Of a DNA stretch of 64,000 bases, positions 1 to 9,058 are shown in pieces. Below the pieces are notes generated by a model that was not told the origin of the DNA, ran no database searches, and saw only the letters and a program-made list of their open reading frames with translations. The stretch covers positions 1,728,001-1,792,000 of the forward strand of contig CBDCTJ010000007.1 of NCBI GenBank assembly GCA_965222115.1, in the 5' to 3' direction. Every line of letters starts with the position of its first letter. Position 1 is the stretch's first letter. The position numbers were made by a program, and so were the translations under genes. This DNA comes from Planctomycetota bacterium. GTDB lineage: Bacteria > Planctomycetota > PLA2 > JAEUHO01.

Positions 1-294
1 AACAAAGGCAAGCAGGACCGGGTCGCGTTGTCGCATATTGACCTGAGGTCGAAAAAGGATCGCCCGATCAAGGTGCTAAACATGGAACCGTGGAAGCCGG
101 GAATTCCACGAAGGATCTCGGTTCGTGTGGTGGGGAAATCCGTGGAAGTGTTTCTCAATGACAAGTCGGTCATGCGAGAGTCGATCGAGTCGATGTCATC
201 GCTACAGGGGTCAATTGGCATTACGTACCAGAATGCACGCTTTCGCCTTACGAAGTTCAAGTTCGGAATGGAGATCGCTGAGGACAAAAAATGA
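1..294 (+). CDS. Partial (5'-truncated) protein ending in a concanavalin-like / DUF1080-like beta domain
   Basis: Frame is open from base 1. C-terminal pattern (ISVRVVGKSVEVFLND...GSIGI...RFRLTKF) resembles DUF1080/LamG-type folds. Stop overlaps the next start (ATGA). Confidence 0.5.
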   Translation, partial: NKGKQDRVALSHIDLRSKKDRPIKVLNMEPWKPGIPRRISVRVVGKSVEVFLNDKSVMRESIESMSSLQGSIGITYQNARFRLTKFKFGMEIAEDKK

Positions 295-1376
295 TACGTT
301 GTCTCGCAGTGGCAGGGTGGGTCGTGGTGGGCTGGTTCGGGGCGGTGGCCCTCGCGAAGGAACCACCGGCGGCCGACGCCATCGATGTCCCCAAGCGCAT
401 GGCCGAAGCGCAACAAGCCCTTGAGTCGAAAGCGTGGGATGACGCCGTTCGCCATGCCCGAGCTGTGTTGCGCGAGGTGAGCGATCACGTGCCAGCCTAT
501 GTGATTCTCGGCAAGGCCTATGCGGGGAACGACGCACTCGAAAAGCAGCTCGATGCGTATCGAGAGGGCACCGCGCTACTTCGCCGTGCCGTGCCGCTCG
601 ACAAAGAGCAACGCCACGATTGGGACGAAATGATTGGTATCCTGAAGGCGAAGAGTAGCTCCGACGCAGCGATCATCGCCAGCGCGAAGAAACATGCCGA
701 TAAACTGGTGTCGTTGAGTTCGAAGAGTCTCAAGAAAGATCCTTACGGTGCGGAGCGAGCTGCTCTCGCTGCACTGGCACTCGATCCCACGCACGAGCCC
801 GCAGCTGCCGCGTTGACGGCCGCACAAGCGGGACTCGTGGGAAATGCAAAGCAGCTCATCTCAACGTCCATGGCGGCGTGGACATGGTTAACGAAGAAGA
901 ACTGGTACGCGAGTGGTAAGTCGTTTATCGGTGATGTGCCCGATGGCGCACTCTCGATTCGGACCAATCGCAAGTGGCCTATCGTCGCTGACATCGTGAT
1001 CGAGGCGCGGCTCTTGGATCCGTATGAAGACAAGGGTCCCACGGAGCTGGGTATTGTTGCGCCGTATCCCAGCGATGAGCAACTCTTGTGTTTTTCGCTC
1101 TTGGCGGACAAGCTTGAAATTTATGAGAAGACGTCGAAGCGAAGGGCATTGACGCACGTGTCGAAACGCATAACGTCTCTCGACCCTCCCGTGGACCCCA
1201 AGGCCTGGAACGTGTACCAATTCCGACTGCGTAAGAACGAAGTGATTGCGCTTGTGAACGACGTTGAAGTGGGTCGGTGCTCGCGTCCCAAGCATCTCGT
1301 TGAAGAGGGTTACTTGGGACTCAAAGTGCAGTACGGCAAATTCGAGTTCCGGTCGATCAAGGTAGTTCGGAAGTAG
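291..1376 (+). CDS. Exported TPR-like + DUF1080-like domain protein
   Basis: Signal peptide (VVVGWFGAVALA-KE), helical TPR-like segment, C-terminal WNVYQFRLRKNEVIALVND...GYLGLKVQYGKFEFRSIKV. Confidence 0.6.
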   Translation: MIRCLAVAGWVVVGWFGAVALAKEPPAADAIDVPKRMAEAQQALESKAWDDAVRHARAVLREVSDHVPAYVILGKAYAGNDALEKQLDAYREGTALLRRAVPLDKEQRHDWDEMIGILKAKSSSDAAIIASAKKHADKLVSLSSKSLKKDPYGAERAALAALALDPTHEPAAAALTAAQAGLVGNAKQLISTSMAAWTWLTKKNWYASGKSFIGDVPDGALSIRTNRKWPIVADIVIEARLLDPYEDKGPTELGIVAPYPSDEQLLCFSLLADKLEIYEKTSKRRALTHVSKRITSLDPPVDPKAWNVYQFRLRKNEVIALVNDVEVGRCSRPKHLVEEGYLGLKVQYGKFEFRSIKVVRK

Positions 1377-1394
1377 CGCGCGGGGCGGACCGAA

Positions 1395-3530
1395 TCACTT
1401 CTTTTTCGCCGCCTCAATCTCCTTGCGGATGCCTTCCGCGATGGACTGGGGCGCCACGCGATACTCGTGGGGCTCTAGGCTGTAGACGCCACGACCTTGG
1501 CTCATACCGCGCAGCACCTCGGAATACTTGAACATTTCCGCAAGCGGTACGTGGCCGTAGATGCGCATGGCGTCACCACTGCCCTTTTCTGTCTTTTCCA
1601 CCTGCCCACGGCGCTGGTTCAAGCTACCGAGCACGTCGCCCAAGTTGGCTTCCGGCGCAGTAATCACGATCTGCATCCACGGTTCCAAGATGTTTACGCC
1701 CACCTTGGCCACGGCTTCGCGCAGCGCGAGCTTGCCCGCGGCGCGGAAGGCCATTTCGGATGAGTCCACCTCGTGGTGCTTGCCGTCGTAGAGATTGAAG
1801 TGCATTTTCACGAAGGGGAATCCAAGCGGATAACCCTCTTCGCACGCTTCCTTCAATCCATAGTCCACGGCGGGAATGTACTCACGCGGCACGGAACCAC
1901 CCACCACGGTGGATTCGAAGGTGTTCTCGGTTTCGTCGTGGATCGACATTTTGATGCGTGCCACGGCGAACTGACCGCGACCACCGGACTGCTTGACGTG
2001 GCGGCCTTCGATTTCGCAGTCTTTCTTGAGCGTTTGACGATAGGCCACCTTGGGCTTACCCACTTCGCAGCCAATACGGAACTCCGTAAGCAACCGGCTG
2101 ATCAATACGTCGAGGTGAAGTTCACCCATACCCGAGATGATCGTGTCGCCGGTTTCATCATCGGTGTAGGCCTTGAACGTGGGATCTTCCTTGGAAAGAC
2201 GTGTAAGTGCTTCCCCAAGCTTATCGCGATCACCACGGCTCTTGGGTTGGATGGACATGGAGATGACGGTCTCGGGGAACGTCATGGGCTCAAGAAGAAT
2301 GGGCTCCTTCTTGGTGCAAAGTGTGTCGCCCGTGTAGGTGTCTTTGAGGCCAATACACGCGCCGATGTGTCCGGCGCCCAACTCGTCGATCAACTCGCGA
2401 TCGTTGGCGTGCATGATCATCAAACGACCGATACGCTCACGCTTGCTGCGCACGGCATTCCAGATCTGATCGCCTTGGCGCAACGTGCCGCTGTACACAC
2501 GCACGAAGTAGAGGTCGCCGTTCTTGTCGGCCACCGTCTTGAAGGCCAACGCCGAGAGCGGTTCATCCGGATCGGGATGACGAATGATGGGCGTTTCGCC
2601 ATCGAGGCTCGTGCCGTGAATCTCGGGTACGTCGAGGGGGCAGGGCAAGTAGTAGCCGATGGCGTCCAAAAGGCGCTGCACGCCCTTGTTGCGAAGCGCC
2701 GAGCCACACAGGACCGGCACAATGTTTCCTGCCAACACGCCCTTACGAATGGCCGGAAGCAGGTCATCGCGATGAAGCTCTTCACCGCCCAAGTAGCGCT
2801 CAAGCAATTCGTCATCAGACTCGGCGGCCGCCTCCACGAGTTCGTGGCGGAGCTCATCCACCTTCGCGCGAAGGTCGGCCGGCACCTCCTCCTCGTGCCA
2901 ACGACGACCTTGGCTCTCGTCGTCGTAGATAAATGCTTTCAACTCAAGCACATCGATAATGCCGCGAAAGTTCTGCTCGGCACCAATCGGATACTGAATT
3001 GGGAATGCTTTCGCACCCAAGCGTGTACGAATGGACTCAACGGCCATATCAAAGTCGGCGCCCGCTTTGTCCATCTTGTTTAGGAAGCAAAGTCGCGGCA
3101 CTTTGTGGCGGTTGGCCTGGCGCCACACCGTTTCGGACTGTGGCTCCACACCCGCCTGGGCGTCGAACACTGCCACAGCGCCATCGAGCACGCGCAAGGA
3201 GCGCTCAACTTCTGCAGTAAAGTCCACGTGACCGGGCGTATCGATAATGTTGTAGCGACAGCCCTTCCACTCGCAGTTGGTTGCGGCGCTGGTAATCGTG
3301 ATACCGCGTTCCTGTTCCTGCTGCATGTAGTCCATGGTGGCCGCGCCTTCATGGACTTCCCCGGTTCGATGAATACGACCCGAGTAAAACAACATGCGCT
3401 CGGTCACCGTGGTCTTGCCGGCGTCGATGTGCGCCATAATGCCGAAGTTGCGAACGTCGGCGAGGGGATTGCGCTTCTTGGCATCGCCTTCCATGGGAAT
3501 GCGAATCGGCGTGGGGGTCTGGGCGTTCAT
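1395..3530 (-). CDS. fusA: Elongation factor G
   Basis: [52 protein letters not shown]. Start placed at ATG 3530 (MNAQTP; alternative 3494), not at the ORF-track 3947. Confidence 0.97.
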   Translation of the reverse strand: MNAQTPTPIRIPMEGDAKKRNPLADVRNFGIMAHIDAGKTTVTERMLFYSGRIHRTGEVHEGAATMDYMQQEQERGITITSAATNCEWKGCRYNIIDTPGHVDFTAEVERSLRVLDGAVAVFDAQAGVEPQSETVWRQANRHKVPRLCFLNKMDKAGADFDMAVESIRTRLGAKAFPIQYPIGAEQNFRGIIDVLELKAFIYDDESQGRRWHEEEVPADLRAKVDELRHELVEAAAESDDELLERYLGGEELHRDDLLPAIRKGVLAGNIVPVLCGSALRNKGVQRLLDAIGYYLPCPLDVPEIHGTSLDGETPIIRHPDPDEPLSALAFKTVADKNGDLYFVRVYSGTLRQGDQIWNAVRSKRERIGRLMIMHANDRELIDELGAGHIGACIGLKDTYTGDTLCTKKEPILLEPMTFPETVISMSIQPKSRGDRDKLGEALTRLSKEDPTFKAYTDDETGDTIISGMGELHLDVLISRLLTEFRIGCEVGKPKVAYRQTLKKDCEIEGRHVKQSGGRGQFAVARIKMSIHDETENTFESTVVGGSVPREYIPAVDYGLKEACEEGYPLGFPFVKMHFNLYDGKHHEVDSSEMAFRAAGKLALREAVAKVGVNILEPWMQIVITAPEANLGDVLGSLNQRRGQVEKTEKGSGDAMRIYGHVPLAEMFKYSEVLRGMSQGRGVYSLEPHEYRVAPQSIAEGIRKEIEAAKKK

Positions 3531-3614
3531 ACCAGCAGGCTCCGTCAAATAAATCGTGCGCGTCGTACGTCGCGCCTGGGTGGGGCGATGAACAAAATCG
3601 CGTCGGGCGTGTCC

Positions 3615-3659
3615 CATTGTGAGTCGGCACAATGTGAGTCGGCCCAATGTGAGTCGGTA
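3615..3659. repeat. Three tandem 15-bp direct repeats CA(T/A)TGTGAGTCGGYM in the divergent fusA/TPR intergenic region
   Basis: cattgtgagtcggca / caatgtgagtcggcc / caatgtgagtcggta read directly from the sequence. Confidence 0.85.
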
Positions 3660-3904
3660 CGTGGTGCGCCGCGCCGAAGCCAAACGAACGTGGCGGAAAC
3701 TGAATCGCAATTGCTTGATTGCAATTGCGGGGTCGTCGCCGCTACCGTCCGGCCACGACCGGCATACACGGGGCGCTGTGTAGCAGGCAACCGAGCCCGC
3801 TTCACTCTCTTTTTGGGCACGAGTCGTGAAATCGGGCCATAGCGACGTGTTCGTTCGCGTCTGTGTTGTCCCCCCGAAGTGCGACGATTCGCGCCGGAGG
3901 GCCC

Positions 3905-5590
3905 ATGTGGCACGATGCCGAAGGTCGCCTGGACAAGGCGGTCGCACGCTACGACGAGGGAGATCTACGGACAGCGCGGACCATGCTCCGCGGGCTGGAT
4001 CGTCGGGGTGTAATTAGCCCGACCATCGATCTTTACCTCGGTCACTGTCACCTCGGCGAGGACGAGATTCCTGCAGCGATTCGTCGCTACCGACGTTGTG
4101 TGGCCCTCAGTCCCGACGATCCGGCACCATGGTTGGGGCTGGGTCTTTGTTACGGGCGCCTGGGTCGAATCCACCGTGCACTGCGCGCATTTGAAAATGC
4201 GTTGGCGCGAAATGAGAACATCGAGGACGCCCACTGCGGACTCACCCATTGCTACGCGCTGCTCGGGGACATGGAGCAAGCCGTTAAACACGCGCGACAT
4301 GCGGTGCGACTCGATCCCCGGTGTCCCCACGTCCATCGCCACATGGCACTGGCCTACCTCATTCGTGGTGAACCGTCGCAATCGCTCCGCGCGTGGCGCC
4401 GCGTGCGCGCCTTGGATCCGCTTTACCCCGAGCTGGCAGGCGGCATGGGACGCGCGCTACTCGATCTCGGACGGTACCGCGAGGCACGCGCGTCGTTTCA
4501 AATGGGTCTTGAGGGACCCATGGCGGCCGACGCCCACTTTGGACTCGGCGACGTCGCGCGGGTTCGCGGCGAGTGGGACGTCGCCACCACACATTACGAA
4601 CGCGCAGCGCGTATCGAGCCCGGCTTCAACGAAGCGCGCTATCGTTGGGCCGAGTCACTGCTCACGTTGGGACAACCTGTCGATGCGCGCCGCGCACTCA
4701 CGCCGCGATGGGAAGCCGACGAACCGTTGCGTCCGTATCCATCGGGGTTCGCACTTCTACGTGCCCGCATTGAGGCTGCCTGTGGCGCGCAAGCTACGGG
4801 ACTACGGTTGCTGCGCGACGAGCTGCGCGCTGCACAAACCGTCATCTTGGACGACGATGCAGGCACCTCATGGATCGACCGCATGAACGATCTTGGCGAG
4901 TACCTGCTCGATCGCGACCGATTGTTTGCTGCGCGTGCCGTGTTGCGGCGCGCGGGAAAGCGAGATGGGGGCACCGTACGAGCGTGGCGGTTGCTTGCGC
5001 GCGCCCAAGCGCGACTCGGCGACGGAAAACGCGCGCGCTCAACGTTGGCGCGAACGGCGCATCGTTGGCCCGAGGAAACCGAACTTGTATTGGATGGTTC
5101 GGCCGCGCAGTTCGCCGCAGGCCGTGTGGTATCGGCAGAACGCGCCTTACTTCACGGACTTGAACGCTGTCCTGTTTCGGCCGACCTTTGGGCCGCTGCA
5201 GGTGAACTCGCCCTGGAACGCGAGGACATCGATAGCGCTGCCATACGCGTTTCGGTTGCGCTTCGTTGCCATCCAAGACATCCATTGGCGTTGGGACTGC
5301 TCACACGCATTCACCTAGTGCGTGGCCATGCACGTCGTGCACTGCATGCTGGGCAAGCTGCAATGCGAGTCGTTCCACCGGGCGACCCTGCGATTCCCGC
5401 TTATGTCGAGGCCCTGTTGGCGGTCGATCAATGGCAGGCGGCTTTGCTACGCATTCGTCGTTACGTGCTCGATGCACCCGATGACCCCAATGGCTATCGC
5501 CTACTTGCTCGTTGTCACGAGCGTGCCGGTGACACAGCAGCGGCCGCAGTACAGCGACGGTTGGCGCGCCTAGTTGAGGGCAACAGGTAG
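3905..5590 (+). CDS. Tetratricopeptide repeat protein
   Basis: Repeated TPR consensus (LGHCH...A...YRR...L.P, AHFGLG...A...YERA..I.P). GGAGG precedes ATG 3905. Confidence 0.85.
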   Translation: MWHDAEGRLDKAVARYDEGDLRTARTMLRGLDRRGVISPTIDLYLGHCHLGEDEIPAAIRRYRRCVALSPDDPAPWLGLGLCYGRLGRIHRALRAFENALARNENIEDAHCGLTHCYALLGDMEQAVKHARHAVRLDPRCPHVHRHMALAYLIRGEPSQSLRAWRRVRALDPLYPELAGGMGRALLDLGRYREARASFQMGLEGPMAADAHFGLGDVARVRGEWDVATTHYERAARIEPGFNEARYRWAESLLTLGQPVDARRALTPRWEADEPLRPYPSGFALLRARIEAACGAQATGLRLLRDELRAAQTVILDDDAGTSWIDRMNDLGEYLLDRDRLFAARAVLRRAGKRDGGTVRAWRLLARAQARLGDGKRARSTLARTAHRWPEETELVLDGSAAQFAAGRVVSAERALLHGLERCPVSADLWAAAGELALEREDIDSAAIRVSVALRCHPRHPLALGLLTRIHLVRGHARRALHAGQAAMRVVPPGDPAIPAYVEALLAVDQWQAALLRIRRYVLDAPDDPNGYRLLARCHERAGDTAAAAVQRRLARLVEGNR

Positions 5591-5845
5591 AGAGCAACAG
5601 GTAGAGCAGCAGGCGTGCGGTTGAACAACTGCCCCCACGACCAATACCAGTAACTGTTTGCGTAATCGACTCATGTGTCGTCGGTGGCGTAAGGCGCCCA
5701 CTTGTTAGTCTTTTGTATTGTTGCTAAATCTACAAATTGTCCCCTACGGTGAGGGCGAGTGCATCTATTTTAGGGTCGGGGTTTCGGCGCAACAGTCTAC
5801 ATCCAGAATTCAGGGCTCAGACCGGCTCCTTTTTGTGAGAAAGAT

Positions 5846-8728
5846 ATGCACGCGATTCGTACACATAAAAACGAACGTCATTCTCGCCTCGCGTGGCCAG
5901 CGAAACTTGCTGCCTTCGCAACGTTTTGCATCGCGTCGGTGAGTGTTTCCTCTTGCGGCGGGAGCGGTGGGAGCGGACCCGGTCCCGACGGCACCGGGCA
6001 AGGACTGGAGATCATCAAGTTTCATCAGGCCGGTCTGGACACCGTTGCTGCGAACCAAACGTTGCGCATCGATTTTTCCGAAGCCGTAAACCCTGCGACC
6101 GTTTTTTCGGGATCCTTCATCGTCAAAGAGGGCGGCACCTTTGGTTTGCAAGTGCCCGGCACGGTGATCGTGGACGGATCTACCATCTTCTTCGAACCCC
6201 AGTTGCCATCTTTATGTGATCTTTCCGACGCGGGATTCAAGCCCGGTACTGAGTATCGCGTTCTAATCACGGGGAATCCCGAAGAGTTCTCTGTCAAGAA
6301 CACGCGCGGACAGCCGTTGAGTCGCACAGCGACCTTTTCGTTCACCACGCGTGCCGAAGGTGGCATTCTTCCCGTCTTTCAAGATCAGATCGCGGGCGCG
6401 GCGCCCTTTGTCACGCAAGTCACCCCCGCCGATGGTGCTCAAGCGGTCACGGTTGCGGCCGGCAACCAAGTCGTGCTCGACGTATCAGAAAATTTGGATC
6501 CGTGTACCGTCACACCCAATAGCGTCATGTTGACCATGGTTGAGAACGGCGACGCCAATCTCGCGACGAATGTTGCTGCCCCCAATGGAAATAGTTCGGG
6601 ATTTTACGCCGGAACGGATACCAGCGACCAGGTACCGGGACCGTTGGGCGTCAGTACGTGGGGCGCCGATGCATCTACGCCGCGCTCTCCGGTGCAAGTA
6701 ATTTTGTCGCGTGTTGAGGTCGTCCAGTCGCAGGCGTCTACCCAGATCATCATTACGCCCGACTTCGGAAAGTTCCCGGAGAACTCGTTGCTGAACGTGA
6801 CGCTTACCGCCGCAATTCAGGACTTTGGTTCTCAGCCGCTGACCGCGTTTAGCGCCTCGTTTACAACCGAGAATTTGCCGACGCAGTCCGACTCATATGT
6901 GTTGGAGGCTGCCGGCGAAACGGCGTTTGACGACGGATTGACGTCTGCCGATGTCAATACAACGCGTTCACCGAGTTTGATTCAAGGCTACCTCTTGCTT
7001 ACCGGTGACGGCGACAACGGCCCGTACGCGCCCACCGATACCCTCGTGGATCCGGCGTATCCCAACTACGCCGCGGGCACCTGCACGGAAGTGCCGTCCG
7101 ATAACGCCAAGGACGACTTCAATCCCTCTGCAGACGTGATTCTGGATACGGGGGCCACACCAAATGCTTGCGTCAATGAAGCGGACGGCTCAACGGCCGT
7201 CGTGTGGCAGTTTCAGAACTTTACGATTCCCTCAGGCGTAACGGTTCGTATCGTCGGTGTCAATCCCGCCATCATCCATGTCCAAAATAGTGTGAGCATC
7301 TCAAGCTCGGGCGCCCTCTTAGTACGAGGCGATGGAATGGCAGGCGTCCAAAACTCCAATGGGATTCAGGGGCGCGCCCTCAACTCAAGCAGCCAAACGC
7401 CCGTTCCGGGTGTCATCGGCGGTAAGGGCCACGCCGGTGCGGGCGATGGCGGTGATAGCGCCAACTCCAAGGGCACAGGTTCTATTGGTCAGTACGGTCA
7501 GCACGGCGAGAGCGGCTTCGGCGCCGACACCACGTTGCCGCAAGACGGGCAGGGTGTGGTCGGCGGTCCCGGTGGAGGACACGGAAACGTTCGCAGTACC
7601 CATCCCAACAACAGCGGTACCCGAGCTACCGGTACAGGTGGTGGTGGTGGCGGGCACGCAGTGGTTGGCGGCGCAGGCGGTTCGGTGCCGGGAACAAGTG
7701 CAACGTTGGTCGCCGCAGCCGATGGTGCGGGCGGTTCGGTCTATGGCGACACCAATTCGACCATGCGCACGCCGCTCGCCGGCTCCGGTGGTGGCGCCGG
7801 CGGTGCCAATAGCGGTACCCATGGTTCGCAGTGGACTCAGACATCCGCTGGTAGTGGTGGTGCCGGCGGCGGGTTCGTAGACATTTCCACGTTGAGCGGC
7901 GACATTTCGATTTCGGGAACGATCGACGCGAGCGGTGGTCGTGGGGGGGCTGGCATTGGCAATACCAATCTCTCGGTCCCCTGGAATGGATCGGGCGGTG
8001 GTGGCGGCGGATCCGGGGGTGGGGTTCGGTTGCTTACGCCGAACAACATTATTCTTGCAGGTGCCACAATCACCACGGCGGGTGGCGCAGGTGGCGTCGG
8101 CTACGCGGGCACCGGTGCAACGCCCAACAACGCTGGCGCCGGTGGCAATGGCCGGATTGTGATGGAGGCAAACTCCATCATCGGACTCTCAGGTTCAACC
8201 GTGACGCCTACGCTTGGCGAAACCGGCTACTACAGTGGCCCATTTGATGGCTCACGCTTTGTGGGTGGTGGAACCCGTCCCTCAGCAACAACGGAACGCG
8301 TTCTCATGGGTCCCTTGGATCCAGACTATGCCGAGCCGATCGCCGCAGACTTCATATGTGGTGTTCCCGCTATTGCGTCAAATGGCCCCAGTAAGACATC
8401 CATCATGATTGAGGTACGCGGATTCCAACTGCTGCCGGACGGAACGGCGGAGAATCCCGCGCCCGAACCATTGTGGACAACCGTGGGCTATTTCACGGAC
8501 TCGGGCGCACCCAACTCACCCAACTGGATTCCGGGTGCCAATCCTCCCGTGGCCGACGTTGGCCCGCTCCCCCCCGACAACGACGGGTTGGCCGGCGGCA
8601 TGAACTCAGTAGACTTTGCCGAGTATCTGCAGATTCGCGTCACGTGTTTCTTGCCTATCACCATGCAGCCATTCGATGCTGGTTCGTTCCTCGATCGCTG
8701 GACGATTCGCTTCTCGTCGAACCTATAG
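5846..8728 (+). CDS. Surface lipoprotein with Ig-like (Big_5-like) domains and a Gly-rich domain, paralog 1
   Basis: Lipobox-like VSSC-GG, Ig-like IDFSEAVNPATV and VTPADGA..V motifs, long GxGGxG-rich centre. Confidence 0.8.
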   Translation: MHAIRTHKNERHSRLAWPAKLAAFATFCIASVSVSSCGGSGGSGPGPDGTGQGLEIIKFHQAGLDTVAANQTLRIDFSEAVNPATVFSGSFIVKEGGTFGLQVPGTVIVDGSTIFFEPQLPSLCDLSDAGFKPGTEYRVLITGNPEEFSVKNTRGQPLSRTATFSFTTRAEGGILPVFQDQIAGAAPFVTQVTPADGAQAVTVAAGNQVVLDVSENLDPCTVTPNSVMLTMVENGDANLATNVAAPNGNSSGFYAGTDTSDQVPGPLGVSTWGADASTPRSPVQVILSRVEVVQSQASTQIIITPDFGKFPENSLLNVTLTAAIQDFGSQPLTAFSASFTTENLPTQSDSYVLEAAGETAFDDGLTSADVNTTRSPSLIQGYLLLTGDGDNGPYAPTDTLVDPAYPNYAAGTCTEVPSDNAKDDFNPSADVILDTGATPNACVNEADGSTAVVWQFQNFTIPSGVTVRIVGVNPAIIHVQNSVSISSSGALLVRGDGMAGVQNSNGIQGRALNSSSQTPVPGVIGGKGHAGAGDGGDSANSKGTGSIGQYGQHGESGFGADTTLPQDGQGVVGGPGGGHGNVRSTHPNNSGTRATGTGGGGGGHAVVGGAGGSVPGTSATLVAAADGAGGSVYGDTNSTMRTPLAGSGGGAGGANSGTHGSQWTQTSAGSGGAGGGFVDISTLSGDISISGTIDASGGRGGAGIGNTNLSVPWNGSGGGGGGSGGGVRLLTPNNIILAGATITTAGGAGGVGYAGTGATPNNAGAGGNGRIVMEANSIIGLSGSTVTPTLGETGYYSGPFDGSRFVGGGTRPSATTERVLMGPLDPDYAEPIAADFICGVPAIASNGPSKTSIMIEVRGFQLLPDGTAENPAPEPLWTTVGYFTDSGAPNSPNWIPGANPPVADVGPLPPDNDGLAGGMNSVDFAEYLQIRVTCFLPITMQPFDAGSFLDRWTIRFSSNL

Positions 8729-9058
8729 CCCTATCCCATTGCCCATTTATTTCGGCGTCCGAAGCGTCTCCCAGCACATCGGAGTTTAGCCTGGGCGGCC
8801 TGCCTCGCGCTGTGAGCGAAGATGCACTGAAACGTGTGCGAATCGCGCCGACTGAGTGCCGGGCTCGATGAGCCGAGTCTCGATTCAGGGAGCGGCGGGC
8901 TTCAGCGATGGACTCGCAAAGGGCGATTTGGAGGCAATTAGGCGACGTGAATTGGCCCCGAGACCCCTTCTCATTCGTGGAGGTACACGCTTTGCGCCCT
9001 ATCCTGCTGGTCCAGCATGGTCATGGCGTCACGACGGCGTCGTTTCAGGAGGCTCCGT

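Noticed and set aside
1773-3842. Long + strand ORFs (436 aa, 245 aa) opposite fusA
   Set aside because: Antisense shadow frames typical of high-GC, codon-biased genes; no recognisable motifs.
3531-3947. 138-aa N-terminal extension of EF-G in the ORF track
   Set aside because: No EF-G similarity, crosses a tandem repeat and overlaps the divergent TPR gene. Best read as open intergenic frame.
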